From an uncultured Actinomycetes bacterium (GTDB lineage: Bacteria; Chloroflexota; Dormibacteria; Aeolococcales; Aeolococcaceae), in NCBI GenBank assembly GCA_964499205.1, contig CAZCJX010000001.1, positions 52,969 to 116,968 of the forward strand: a stretch of DNA of 64,000 nucleotides, in the 5' to 3' direction. Every line of letters starts with the position of its first letter. Positions within the stretch are counted from its first letter, which is position 1. A program made the translations under genes and the position numbers. This document shows positions 26,587 to 35,872 of the stretch, one piece after another. The notes under the pieces are model-generated. The model had not been told where the DNA came from, searched no databases, and was given only the letters and a program-made list of their open reading frames with translations.

Positions 26587-28336
26587 CGGCGCTGCTCGAC
26601 GGCGGCACCATCACCCCGCCCAGGCTGGGGCTCGACGCCGTGGCCGTGTAGAGGGCGAGCAGCCCGCCGCTGTACGCCGAGGGTCGCGGCGACCAGCGCG
26701 CCCGGCGCTGGTCGAGCACGCGCTGCACCTCGTCGGGGCTGGCTTCGACGCCGGCGACGCCGACCAGGTCGAGGCTGCGTGCATCGAGGTCGACGGCGAC
26801 CAGGTCGCCATCCTCGACCAGGGCGATGGGGCCGCCCACCGCCGCCTCCGGTGAGACGTGGCCGACACACGGTCCCTTGGAGGCCCCCGAGAAACGGCCG
26901 TCGGTGACCAGAACGCAGTGCTCGTCGAGCTCGGGCATCTCGGCGAGGGTGGAGGTCACGTAGTACTGCTCGGGCATGCCGGAGCCGCGCGGACCCTCGT
27001 AGCGGATCACCACCACGTCGCCGGCGCGGATGCGTCCCTCGGTGATCGCCGCCAGCGCCTCCTCCTGGGAGTCGAAGGGTCGCGCCGGGCCGACGCGGCG
27101 CCGCGCACCGGTGACCCCGATGCGCTTGCAGACCGCGCCGTCGGGAGCCAGGCTGCCGCGCAGCAGGGCCAGCGACCCGCGCGGCGAGACGGCCCGGGCC
27201 GGCGGCCGGATCACCTCGTCGCCGTCGTGCCCCATCCTGGCGAGTTGGGCGCGGCGCTCCTCGGTCCAGCCCGCCTGGCGCAGCGCCGCCAGGTTCTCGC
27301 CCAAGGTGCGCCCGGTGACCGTCAGCGCGTCGAGGTGGAGGAGGTCACTGATATGGTCCATGATGGCCGGAACTCCACCGGCGTGCCAGAGCAGGTTGGC
27401 GGGGAAGCGCCCGGCGGGACGGGTGTCGAGCAGGAACGGGGTGCGATCGTTGATCTCCTGCACCCGCGCCAGGTCGAAGGGGACACCGGCCGCGGCGGCG
27501 ATGGCCGGGAAGTGGAGCATGAAGTTGGTCGAGCCGCCGACGGCGGCGTGCAGGGTGTAGGCATTCTCGAACGCCCACGGGGTGAGGATGTCGGCGCTGG
27601 TGATGCCCTGGCGCATCAGCGCGATCGCCGCCGCGCCCGCCTCAGCGGCGCGCTCACGGCTGAACGTCCCTCCCGCCGGCGCCGCCGCGCTGCCGGGCAG
27701 GGCCAGGCCCAACGCCTCGGACACCACCTGGCCGGTGAGCGCGGTGCCCATGAAGGCACAGGCGCCGCACGAGGTGACCGCGCCGGTTCGCCAACTGCGG
27801 TACTCCTCCTCGGAGAGCTCGCCGCGGCGCATTTGCATGGCCAGGCGGCCGATCTGGTCCACGGTGGCGCCGCCGCGGCCGGCCGGCATGGCGCCGCCGG
27901 GCACGTGGACCGCCGGCAGGCGCAGCCGGGCCGCTGCGATCAGGTGCGCGGGCACCGCCTTGTCACATGACGACACCAGCACCACCGCGTCGAAATGCCC
28001 GGCACGCGCGTGCATCTCGGCCGCGGCGGCGATGATCTCGCGCGATGGCAGCGAGAAGTCCATCGCCGAGGTGCCCTGGGCGATGCCGTCGCACATGTCG
28101 GTGCAGGTCTGCCGGGCCACAGCGGCGCCCGCCTGGCGCGCCCCGCGGCGCACCTCCTCGGCGATGCGATCGAGGTGGACCGAGCCGGGATGGGACTCGC
28201 CGCCGGTGGTCTCGACCAGCAGGTAGGGACGGTCGAGGTCCTCCTCGCTCCATCCCACGCCGATGCGCAGGGCGTCACCCTCGGGACCGAGGCGGCGCAT
28301 CTCCTGGCTGTGCAGGCCGGTCACAGGCGAACTCAC
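26579..28336 (-). CDS. IlvD/Edd-family sugar-acid dehydratase (xylonate/arabinonate dehydratase candidate)
   Basis: [16 protein letters not shown] and VPGGAM motifs. 585 aa, GTG start. Confidence 0.85.
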   Translation of the reverse strand: MSSPVTGLHSQEMRRLGPEGDALRIGVGWSEEDLDRPYLLVETTGGESHPGSVHLDRIAEEVRRGARQAGAAVARQTCTDMCDGIAQGTSAMDFSLPSREIIAAAAEMHARAGHFDAVVLVSSCDKAVPAHLIAAARLRLPAVHVPGGAMPAGRGGATVDQIGRLAMQMRRGELSEEEYRSWRTGAVTSCGACAFMGTALTGQVVSEALGLALPGSAAAPAGGTFSRERAAEAGAAAIALMRQGITSADILTPWAFENAYTLHAAVGGSTNFMLHFPAIAAAAGVPFDLARVQEINDRTPFLLDTRPAGRFPANLLWHAGGVPAIMDHISDLLHLDALTVTGRTLGENLAALRQAGWTEERRAQLARMGHDGDEVIRPPARAVSPRGSLALLRGSLAPDGAVCKRIGVTGARRRVGPARPFDSQEEALAAITEGRIRAGDVVVIRYEGPRGSGMPEQYYVTSTLAEMPELDEHCVLVTDGRFSGASKGPCVGHVSPEAAVGGPIALVEDGDLVAVDLDARSLDLVGVAGVEASPDEVQRVLDQRRARWSPRPSAYSGGLLALYTATASSPSLGGVMVPPSSSAGG

Positions 28337-28346
28337 TCCGAATTTT

Positions 28347-28361
28347 CCATCCCCGGGATGG
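28347..28361. promoter_or_regulatory. 15-bp palindrome CCATCCCCGGGATGG in the divergent promoter region
   Basis: Arms CCATCC/GGATGG. Lies between the IlvD-like start (28336) and the FAH start (28389). Confidence 0.35.
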
Positions 28362-28376
28362 TTGGTAAGTATTCCA

Positions 28377-28382
28377 TACTAT
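28377..28382 (+). promoter_or_regulatory. -10 hexamer TACTAT, 6 nt before ATG 28389 (leaderless-type)
   Basis: TACTAT-ctaccc-ATG, no SD. Confidence 0.55.
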
Positions 28383-28388
28383 CTACCC

Positions 28389-29312
28389 ATGCGCCTGGCC
28401 ACCCTTCGCCATCCCGACGGCGCGCTGCGCCCCGCGCTCGCCTGCGACGGCCTGCACGTCGACCTCGCCGCCGCGGTGGCGGCGAGCGGGCAAGCGCTTG
28501 CCCACCTCGCCGCCACGCCGGACGAGGCGGACCCCGCCGGCATGCTTCGCCTGCTGCGCGATTGGGAGGCGGTCGCGCCGGTGCTGGAGCGCTGCGCCGA
28601 GGCCGCCCCCGCCCTGCTCACCCGCGGCACGCTGGAGCCGACCGTGGCGCCGCTGGGACCGCCGCTGCCGCGGCCGGGCAAGATCGTCTGCGTCGGGCTC
28701 AACTACGCCGACCACGCCCGCGAGACCGGCCAGGCGGTGCCGACCAGCCCGGTGCTCTTCGCCAAGTTCGCCACCTCGGTGGTCGGGCCTGGCGACGACG
28801 TGGTCCGGCCGATCGGCGTCACCGACCTCGACTACGAGGCCGAGCTCGCCGTGGTCATCGGCCGCCGCGTCCGCCACGTCGCGGCCGCCGATGCCCTGGC
28901 GGCGGTGGCCGGCTACTGCTGCGCCAACGACGTCTCGGCGCGGGGCCCGCAGCTCGGCGACGGCCAGTGGGTGCGCGGCAAGTCCTTCGACACCTTCTGC
29001 CCGCTGGGGCCCGCGCTGGTCTCGGCGGCCGAGGTCGGGGATCCCCAGGAGCTGGGCATCCGCTGCCGGGTCGACGGCGAGACCCGGCAGGACTCGACGA
29101 CAGCGCAGATGGTCTTCGGCGTCGCCGCGCTGGTCGCCTTCTGCGCGCGCGCCTTCACCCTGGAACCCGGCGACGTCATCCTCACCGGGACACCGCCGGG
29201 CGTGGCCATGGGCCGCGACCCCTCGCCCTGGCTGCAGCCGGGCCAGACCTGCGAGGTCGAGATCGACGGGCTGGGCGCGCTGCGCAACCGCATCGTCGAC
29301 GAGGCCAGCTGA
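28389..29312 (+). CDS. FAH-family hydrolase (2,4-diketo-3-deoxy-sugar-acid hydrolase candidate)
   Basis: ATG 28389 sits 6 nt after TACTAT. GKIVCVGLNYADHA, DYEAELAVVIG, GDVILTGTPPGV. Confidence 0.8.
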   Translation: MRLATLRHPDGALRPALACDGLHVDLAAAVAASGQALAHLAATPDEADPAGMLRLLRDWEAVAPVLERCAEAAPALLTRGTLEPTVAPLGPPLPRPGKIVCVGLNYADHARETGQAVPTSPVLFAKFATSVVGPGDDVVRPIGVTDLDYEAELAVVIGRRVRHVAAADALAAVAGYCCANDVSARGPQLGDGQWVRGKSFDTFCPLGPALVSAAEVGDPQELGIRCRVDGETRQDSTTAQMVFGVAALVAFCARAFTLEPGDVILTGTPPGVAMGRDPSPWLQPGQTCEVEIDGLGALRNRIVDEAS

Positions 29313-29345
29313 CCGCTCGGTCGGCAGCGCCGGGGGGATGATGCG

Positions 29346-29359
29346 TGCAACCCGTTCCA
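29346..29359. promoter_or_regulatory. LacI-type operator TGCAACCCGTTCCA (putative autoregulation site)
   Basis: Related to the 20667 and 35828 sites. Ends 14 nt upstream of the preferred LacI start, ATG 29374. Confidence 0.45.
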
Positions 29360-29373
29360 CAGGACGGGCGGCT

Positions 29374-30459
29374 ATGATCGCAGTGATCATGCCCGGCGGC
29401 GACGAACCTTCCCCGCGTCCGCGGCCCGGGCCGGCCCCTCGCCACCACGGTCCGCGCCTGCGCGACGTCGCCGAGCTGGCCCGGGTGTCGGTGGCCACCG
29501 CGTCGCGGGCGCTCAGCGGCGATGCACGGATCAGCACGCAGACGCGGCGGCGCGTCGAGCGCGCGGCGACGCGCCTGGACTACCGCATCAACCCGGTGGC
29601 GCGCGCCCTGTCGCTGCGGCGCAGCTTCACCGTCGGCCTCATCGTCGGCGACCTCACCAACCCCTTCTTCGCCCAACTCGCCCGCGGCGTCGACGCCCGG
29701 CTGCAGGAGTCGGGATACGCCTACTTCATGGCCGACCTCGGCGGCGACGCCACCCGCCAGCCCGAGCTGGCCCAGCGCATGGTCGACCGCCACGTCGACG
29801 GGCTGCTGGTGACCGTTCCCCACGATCCCGCGGTGATGCGCCGCGACGACGTGCCGGTGGTGGCCATCGACCGCTGCGACGGAGTGCCCTCGGTGAGCGG
29901 CGACAACCTCGCCGGGGGACGCCTGGCCGCCGAGCACCTGGTCGCCGCGGGCTACCGGCGCATCGGCATCCTCTACGCCGATCCCGAGCTGGCCCCGGTG
30001 CGCGACCGGCGGTTGGGATTCATCCAGGCGCTGCAGGACGCCGGCCAGCCGCTCGACCCGTCGCTCGACTCCCGCTGCGCCTCGCTGCGCTACGACGACG
30101 CCTTCACCGCCGCCCTCGACATGCTGCGCCGCGGCGCCGACGCCGTCTTCGCCATCGACGACGTGATGGCCGCGGCGGTGATCGCCGCCGCGCTGGAAGC
30201 GGGCAGGTCGGTGCCGGAGGACGTCGGCGTGGTCGGCTACGACGACACGCCCATGGCCGGCTGGCGCACCCTGAGCCTCACCTCGGTGGACCAGCGCAGC
30301 GTCGAGATGGGCGCTGCCGCTGCCGACATGATCCTGCGCCGCATTGAGCATCCCGAGCAGGACCAGGGCTCGCTGACCCTGGCGCCGCGGCTGGTGGTGC
30401 GCGGCAGCTCCGCCGGGCCCAAACCGCGACGGGCATCTCGCCGCGCCCGCTCCGCATGA
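29374..30459 (+). CDS. LacI-family transcriptional regulator
   Basis: HTH LRDVAELARVSVATASRALSG followed by a periplasmic-binding-protein-like sugar-binding core. Start is ATG 29374 (alternatives 29338/29341/29389). The stop overlaps the lutC ATG (ATGA). Confidence 0.8.
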   Translation: MIAVIMPGGDEPSPRPRPGPAPRHHGPRLRDVAELARVSVATASRALSGDARISTQTRRRVERAATRLDYRINPVARALSLRRSFTVGLIVGDLTNPFFAQLARGVDARLQESGYAYFMADLGGDATRQPELAQRMVDRHVDGLLVTVPHDPAVMRRDDVPVVAIDRCDGVPSVSGDNLAGGRLAAEHLVAAGYRRIGILYADPELAPVRDRRLGFIQALQDAGQPLDPSLDSRCASLRYDDAFTAALDMLRRGADAVFAIDDVMAAAVIAAALEAGRSVPEDVGVVGYDDTPMAGWRTLSLTSVDQRSVEMGAAAADMILRRIEHPEQDQGSLTLAPRLVVRGSSAGPKPRRASRRARSA

Positions 30460-30971
30460 GCCCCGCCACCGCCGCACTGCTCGACGCCTTCGCGGAGCGC
30501 CTGCGCGCGGTGGACGGCGAGGTCTCCATCAGTTCCGGAGTTGCTGCCACCCGTGACCACATCGCGGCGCTCTGCACCGAGGCGGGCGGGGAGGTGGTTG
30601 CCAGCGCCGAGGGCCTGGAGTTCGCTCCGACCGGCGCTGTGGCCGGCGCCGATCACGCCCGGATCGCACACGCGGCCTGCGGCATCTCGGTGGCGCGGCT
30701 CGGGGTGGCCGAGACCGGCTCGGTGCTGCTGGCACCGGCATCGCGAGGCGACCGCCTGGTCGCCCTGCTGCCGCCGCTGCACGTCGTGGTGCTGCGCGAG
30801 TCCGCGCTGTGCCGGTCCCTCGACGACGCCGCGGCGCAGATGGCTCCGCTGCTCGACGCCGGCGCCTACCTCAGCCTGGTCACCGGCCCCAGCCGCACCG
30901 CCGACATCGAGCGGGTGATCACCGTCGGCGCCCATGGTCCGCGGCGGGTGCACGTGGCCGTGGTCAGGTGA
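30456..30971 (+). CDS. lutC: LutC/YkgG-family (LUD domain) lactate utilisation protein C
   Basis: 171 aa with GVAETGSVLL...GPSRTADIE typical of the LUD domain. GTGA overlap with the next gene. Confidence 0.75.
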   Translation: MSPATAALLDAFAERLRAVDGEVSISSGVAATRDHIAALCTEAGGEVVASAEGLEFAPTGAVAGADHARIAHAACGISVARLGVAETGSVLLAPASRGDRLVALLPPLHVVVLRESALCRSLDDAAAQMAPLLDAGAYLSLVTGPSRTADIERVITVGAHGPRRVHVAVVR

Positions 30972-33184
30972 GCGAACCCTTCGCCGACCGCTACCGCGCC
31001 GCCACCGGCGACGCCCAGCTGGCCGCCAACCTGCTCGGCTTTCAGCGCGGCTGGCGCGCCGCCCGCGACGCCCGCTTCGCCCCCGGCGCGGCGCCCGCCG
31101 AGTTCGAGGAGCTGCGCGCCCGCCTGGTTGCGGCCAAGGATGACGCCATCGCCCGGCAGCCGGAGTTGCTGGCCCGGTTCACCGAACGGGTGCAGGCGCG
31201 GGGTGTGGCGGTGCACACCGCCGCCACCGCCGGCGACGCTGCGCAGATCGTCCTCGACATCTGCCGCGCCCATGGCGCCACCGCGGTGATCAAGACCAAG
31301 TCGATGGCCACCGAGGAGATCCATCTCAACCACCACCTCGCCGCCGCCGGGGTCGAGGCCACCGAGACCGACGTCGGCGAGTGGATCGTGCAGCTGCGCG
31401 GGGAGACGCCGTCGCACATGGTGATGCCGGCCATCCACCTCGATCGCCGCCAGGTGGCAGCCACCCTGCGCGATGCCACCCACATGACGGTGCCCGACGA
31501 CGACGTCACCGCGCAGGTGGGCGTGGTGCGCGGCGCGATGCGCCCCCATTTCATGGGCACGCCCGTGGGCATCACCGGCGCCAACGCGCTGGTCGTCGAC
31601 TCCGGCGCCGTGCTGCTGGTCACCAACGAGGGCAACGAGGGCCTGCTCACCGCCATGGTCGACGTGCTGGTGGTGGTGGCCGGCGTCGAGAAGGTGGTGG
31701 CGTCGCTGGCCGACGCGGTCGCCCAGGTGCGCCTGCTGGCGCGCTCGGCGACGGGGCAGGCGATCTCCACCTACACCACGCTGCTCAGCGCGCCCGCCGG
31801 CGGGCAGGAGATGCACGTGGTGCTGCTCGACAACGGCCGCAGCGCCATGCGCGACGACCCCGAGTTCCGCGACGCGCTGCGCTGCATCCGCTGCGCCGCC
31901 TGCGCCAGCGTCTGCCCGCCGTACCAGGTGGTGGGCGGACAGGTCTTCGGACACGTCTACTCCGGCGCCATCGGGCTGGTCAACACCCCGTTCCACCACG
32001 GCATCGAAGCCGCCGCCGGGCCGCAGTCGCTGTGCGTCAGCTGCAACGCGTGCCAGACCGTCTGCCCGGTCGACATTCCTCTGCCGCGGCAGATTCTCGC
32101 GGTGCGCCGGCGCGCCGCCGCGACCTGCAGCGCGGGCACCGTGCGCCGCGCCGCCTTCGCGGTGTGGCGCAACCGGCGCCTGTCGGGCGCGCTGATGACC
32201 GCCGCCGCGCTGGCCGCGGCGCCGCTGCGCCGGCGCGACAACACGCTGCGGATTCCCCGTCCGCCGCGCCATCGCTGGCGCGCCGTGCCGGCGCCCGCGG
32301 CACGTCCGGCACACCAAAGCTTGCCGCTGCTCACTCCCGGCGCGGAGGGCGGTCCACTGTCGCGCAGCGCCGCGCGCGGACTGCGCGCAGCGCTGCTCAT
32401 CCAGTGCGTCACCGATCGCTTCAGCCCGTCGCTGGCGCACGACACGGTGCGCGTCCTGGCCGCCTGCGGTGTCACCGTGGTGGTCCCGCCGGCACAGCAC
32501 TGCTGCGGCCTGCCGCTCTTCGACGCCGGCGACTGGGACGGCGCCCGCACACTCGCGCAGCACATGGTGGCGACGCTGGAGGCGGCGGACGCCGATTGGG
32601 TGGTCACCGCGGCGAACTCGTGCGTGGCCATGGCGGTGCACGAGTACCCGGCCCTCTTCGACGGCCTGCCGGAGTGGCGGCGTCGCGCCGAACGGTTGGC
32701 GCGGCGCACTCTCGACGTGGCCACCTTCCTCGCCCGGGTCGCCCAGCTGCCCGATGGCGCGCTGGCCACGGCCGCCGACCCGGCCACCTACACCTATCAC
32801 CCGTTCTGCCAGACGCAGAACGTGCTGCACGCCGACGGCGCGTCGCGGCGCCTGCTGCAGGACGTCTGCGGCATCGCCCTGCGCGAGCTGCCTGAAGCGA
32901 CGGTGTGCTGCGGCTTCGGCGGCTCGACGTCGCTGGTGGCCCCGGAGGTGGGGCGCGGCATCCTGCAGCGCAAGCTGGCCAACGTCGACAGCACCGGTGC
33001 GGACGTGCTGGTCAGCGACAACCCCGGCTGCCTCCTGCACCTGCGCATGGCGGCCATCGCCGGCGGACGCCGGTCACTGCGCACCGCGCACGTGGTCGAG
33101 GTGCTGGCGCGCCGGCTCGATGCCGTCGACGCCGGCGCCACCGACGGTCAGGGCGCGCCCACCAGAGCGCAGAAGCGCGCGTAG
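30968..33184 (+). CDS. LutB-LutA fusion: iron-sulfur lactate utilisation protein B fused to (Fe-S)-binding CCG-domain protein A
   Basis: GTG 30968. N-terminal LUD domain plus two ferredoxin Cys clusters (CIRCAACASVCP, CVSCNACQTVCP). After a basic linker, a LutA-like half with CCG motifs (HCCGLP, VCCGFGG). Confidence 0.8.
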   Translation: MSEPFADRYRAATGDAQLAANLLGFQRGWRAARDARFAPGAAPAEFEELRARLVAAKDDAIARQPELLARFTERVQARGVAVHTAATAGDAAQIVLDICRAHGATAVIKTKSMATEEIHLNHHLAAAGVEATETDVGEWIVQLRGETPSHMVMPAIHLDRRQVAATLRDATHMTVPDDDVTAQVGVVRGAMRPHFMGTPVGITGANALVVDSGAVLLVTNEGNEGLLTAMVDVLVVVAGVEKVVASLADAVAQVRLLARSATGQAISTYTTLLSAPAGGQEMHVVLLDNGRSAMRDDPEFRDALRCIRCAACASVCPPYQVVGGQVFGHVYSGAIGLVNTPFHHGIEAAAGPQSLCVSCNACQTVCPVDIPLPRQILAVRRRAAATCSAGTVRRAAFAVWRNRRLSGALMTAAALAAAPLRRRDNTLRIPRPPRHRWRAVPAPAARPAHQSLPLLTPGAEGGPLSRSAARGLRAALLIQCVTDRFSPSLAHDTVRVLAACGVTVVVPPAQHCCGLPLFDAGDWDGARTLAQHMVATLEAADADWVVTAANSCVAMAVHEYPALFDGLPEWRRRAERLARRTLDVATFLARVAQLPDGALATAADPATYTYHPFCQTQNVLHADGASRRLLQDVCGIALRELPEATVCCGFGGSTSLVAPEVGRGILQRKLANVDSTGADVLVSDNPGCLLHLRMAAIAGGRRSLRTAHVVEVLARRLDAVDAGATDGQGAPTRAQKRA

Positions 33185-34626
33185 GCCTGCTCCCAGCGCT
33201 CGTCGTGGCGCGGCTCGTATGTCGCCAGCGAGGGGTCGGCGGCCAGCAGGGCGCGCGCTTCTGCGACGCAGCCGAGCTCTCCGGCGGCGATCATCTGCAC
33301 CACCAGGTTGCCCACCACCGCCGCCTCCGTGGGGCCTGCCACCACCGGCAGCGCAGTGGCGTCGGCGGTGAGCTGGCAGAGCAGCGCGTTGCGGCTGCCG
33401 CCGCCGACGACGTGGATCACGCCCGGGTCGAGACCCGTGGCCGCGCGCAGGGCCTCGATGGTCCAGCGGTAGCGCAGCGCCAGGCTCTCCAGCAGCACGC
33501 GCAGCAGTGTGCCGCGATCGCCGGGCGTGGGCTCGCCGCTCTGCGCACACGCGCGATGCACCGCCCCGGGAAGATCGCCGGGGCGCAGGAAGGTGGCGTC
33601 GTCGGGGTCGACGACGGCCGTGAACGCTTCGGCACGCGCCGCCATGCCGGTGAGGGTTGGGTAGTCCAGCGGCGCGCCGTCCTCGGCGGCGAAGGCGGCG
33701 CGGCACTGCTGCACCAGCCACAACCCGGCGACGTTGCGCAGCAGGCGCACGGTGCCGCCGTGGCCGTGCTCGTTGCTGAGGTTGCATGCCAGCGCGACGT
33801 CGTTGAGCACCGGCCGGTCCAGCTCCATGCCGACCAGCGACCACGTCCCCGAGGAGATGAACACCGCGGGTTGCGACGCCGGCAGCGGCGTGCCCAACAC
33901 CGCCGAGGCGGTGTCGTGCGACGCCACGGCGACCAGCGCCGCGTCGCAGCCGCCGGTGCGCGCGGCGTGGCGGCCGCTCATGCGCCCGATCACCGTGCCG
34001 CTCGGCACCACCGGTGCGCACAGCGATTCGGGGATGTCGCAGGCCTGCAGGACGTCGCTCGCCCAGCTGCCGTCGCTGGCCAGCATCTGCGTGGTGCTGG
34101 CGTTGCTGCGCTCGCACACCGCGTCGGCGCCGAGCCAGTGCAGCAGCAGGTCGGGGATGAGCAGCATGCGCGCGGCGGCGTCGATCTCCGGCGAGCCGGC
34201 GCGCCGGGCGGCGACCAGCTGGCAAAGCGTGTTCACCTCCATCGCCTGGATGCCGGTGCGGGCGAACAGCTGCTGCCGCGGGACCTTGGTAAAGACGGCG
34301 TCGAGGATGCCGGCGGTGATCGGGTCGCGGTAGCAGCGGGGCAGGGCGACCAGCGACGAGTCGGCGCGCAGCAGGGCGACGTCGACGCCCCAGCCGTCGA
34401 TGCCGACGCTGCGCACTGCGGGTGCGGCGGCGATGCCGTCGAGCACCGCGTCGAGCAGGCCGGTGACGTTCCAGGCAAGGCGATCGGGCAGCGCCAGCGG
34501 GCGGTTGGCGAACCGCGTCACCTCGTCGGTGGCGATGCCGCGGGCGGTGAGGCTGCCGCGCACGATGCGGCCGCTCTCGGCGCCGAGGTCCACGGCCAGG
34601 AACGCCGGCGGCACGGCGGGCGTCAA
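33148..34626 (-). CDS. rhaB: rhamnulokinase (FGGY carbohydrate kinase)
   Basis: AVDLGAESGR N-terminus and FGGY-family architecture. 4-nt overlap with the rhaI stop. Confidence 0.8.
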   Translation of the reverse strand: MTPAVPPAFLAVDLGAESGRIVRGSLTARGIATDEVTRFANRPLALPDRLAWNVTGLLDAVLDGIAAAPAVRSVGIDGWGVDVALLRADSSLVALPRCYRDPITAGILDAVFTKVPRQQLFARTGIQAMEVNTLCQLVAARRAGSPEIDAAARMLLIPDLLLHWLGADAVCERSNASTTQMLASDGSWASDVLQACDIPESLCAPVVPSGTVIGRMSGRHAARTGGCDAALVAVASHDTASAVLGTPLPASQPAVFISSGTWSLVGMELDRPVLNDVALACNLSNEHGHGGTVRLLRNVAGLWLVQQCRAAFAAEDGAPLDYPTLTGMAARAEAFTAVVDPDDATFLRPGDLPGAVHRACAQSGEPTPGDRGTLLRVLLESLALRYRWTIEALRAATGLDPGVIHVVGGGSRNALLCQLTADATALPVVAGPTEAAVVGNLVVQMIAAGELGCVAEARALLAADPSLATYEPRHDERWEQAYARFCALVGAP

Positions 34627-35810
34627 CTCCAGCCGGCGGGCACGCCCTCGCGGCGGGCGGCAGCGCGGGCCTCGGCTTCGCCGCTGTCGAGGTAGGCGGC
34701 CAGGGGGTCGGCGGGGAGGCCGCGCGTGGTGCGCCAGCGGGCGATCAGCGGGCGCACGTCGGTGTCGTGGGCGTCCTTGAGCGCCGAGTTCGCGCCAATG
34801 ATGTCACCATCCTGCTGCGCCGCGCGCAGGGCGGCGCGGTCGACGAGCTGCGCCCTGGTCCACTGCTCCTGCATGGTCATCACGCTGCGGATCATGGCGG
34901 GGATCTTGGGCTCGATGTTGTGCGCCTGGTCGACCATGTACGACACCGCGCGCGCGCAGGCGCCGGTGGCGTCACCGAGGGCGGCCGCGGCGGCCAGCTC
35001 GTTGAAGATGAGGAAGAGCTGGTAGGGGTTGACGCTGCCCAGCATGAGGTCGTCGTCGCCGTACTTGCGGTCGTTGAGGTCGAAGGCGCCGAGGCGGCCC
35101 TCGTCGAGCAGGATGGCGACGATCTGCTCGATGTTGACGCCGTGGGCGTGATGGCCGAGGTCGACGACGACGCGGGCGTTGTCGCCGGCGTGGCGCGCCA
35201 GCAGCAGGGCCATGCCCCAGTCCTGGATGTCGGTGTGGTACAGCGCCGGCTCGTAGAGCTTGTACTCGATGAGCAGGCGCACGCCCGGCGGCAGCATGTC
35301 GTGGACCTCGCGCAGCGCCTCCTGGAGGCGGTGCTTGCGGGCGCGGAAGTCGTCCTGCCCGGGGTAGTTGGTGCCGTCGCCGAGCCACACCTTGACGGCG
35401 TGCGCACCGATCTCTGCGGCGATGGCGCAGCACTCCTCCAGGTGGCGCATCGCCTTGGTGCGCACCGCGGCGTCGGGATGGGCCAGGCTGCCGAGGCGGT
35501 AGTCCTCGTCCTGGAAGGTGTTGCTGTTGACCGCACCCAGGCGCATGCCGCGCGCCTGCGCTGCGGCGCGCAGCGCGCCCCAGTCGTCGACGCGGTCCCA
35601 GGGGATGTGCAGCGAGAGCAGCGGGGCGCAGCCGGTGTAGCGGTGCACCGTGGCCGCGTCCTCGAGCTTCTCCATGGTGTCGCGCGGCGTGCCCGGTTGG
35701 GGAAAGACGCGAAACCGCGTGCCGGTGTTGCTGAAGCCCCAGGAGGGCAGCTCGGCAACGAGGGCATCGAGGCTGGCGTGGAGCCGGGCCTCGTCGAAGT
35801 CGATGCTCAT
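34623..35810 (-). CDS. rhaI: L-rhamnose isomerase (xylose-isomerase-like TIM barrel, actinobacterial/Pseudomonas stutzeri type)
   Basis: 395 aa with WGFSNTGTRF...LHIPWD...HHAHGVNIE. Placed between rhaB and the divergent rhaEW. Confidence 0.8.
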   Translation of the reverse strand: MSIDFDEARLHASLDALVAELPSWGFSNTGTRFRVFPQPGTPRDTMEKLEDAATVHRYTGCAPLLSLHIPWDRVDDWGALRAAAQARGMRLGAVNSNTFQDEDYRLGSLAHPDAAVRTKAMRHLEECCAIAAEIGAHAVKVWLGDGTNYPGQDDFRARKHRLQEALREVHDMLPPGVRLLIEYKLYEPALYHTDIQDWGMALLLARHAGDNARVVVDLGHHAHGVNIEQIVAILLDEGRLGAFDLNDRKYGDDDLMLGSVNPYQLFLIFNELAAAAALGDATGACARAVSYMVDQAHNIEPKIPAMIRSVMTMQEQWTRAQLVDRAALRAAQQDGDIIGANSALKDAHDTDVRPLIARWRTTRGLPADPLAAYLDSGEAEARAAARREGVPAGWS

Positions 35811-35827
35811 CGCGGCTCCGAGAAGGG

Positions 35828-35841
35828 TGCAAACGGTTGCA
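35828..35841. promoter_or_regulatory. LacI-type operator TGCAAACGGTTGCA
   Basis: Best palindrome of the three sites. Lies in the 62-nt rhaI / rhaEW divergent spacer. Confidence 0.6.
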
Positions 35842-35860
35842 GGGCGGCACTCGATGCTAG

Positions 35861-35866
35861 CACAAT
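35861..35866 (+). promoter_or_regulatory. -10-like hexamer CACAAT, 6 nt before GTG 35873 (leaderless-type)
   Basis: CACAAT-gcccct-GTG, no SD. Confidence 0.45.
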
Positions 35867-35872
35867 GCCCCT

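Noticed and set aside
29374-29390. Inverted repeat ATGATC-gcagt-GATCAT at the LacI gene start, superficially similar to the ATGATG..CATCAT palindrome at 54454
   Set aside because: The spacing and arm sequence differ. It overlaps two in-frame ATG codons, and it is explained by the coding sequence MIAVIM. I treat it as coincidence unless a genome-wide motif search says otherwise.
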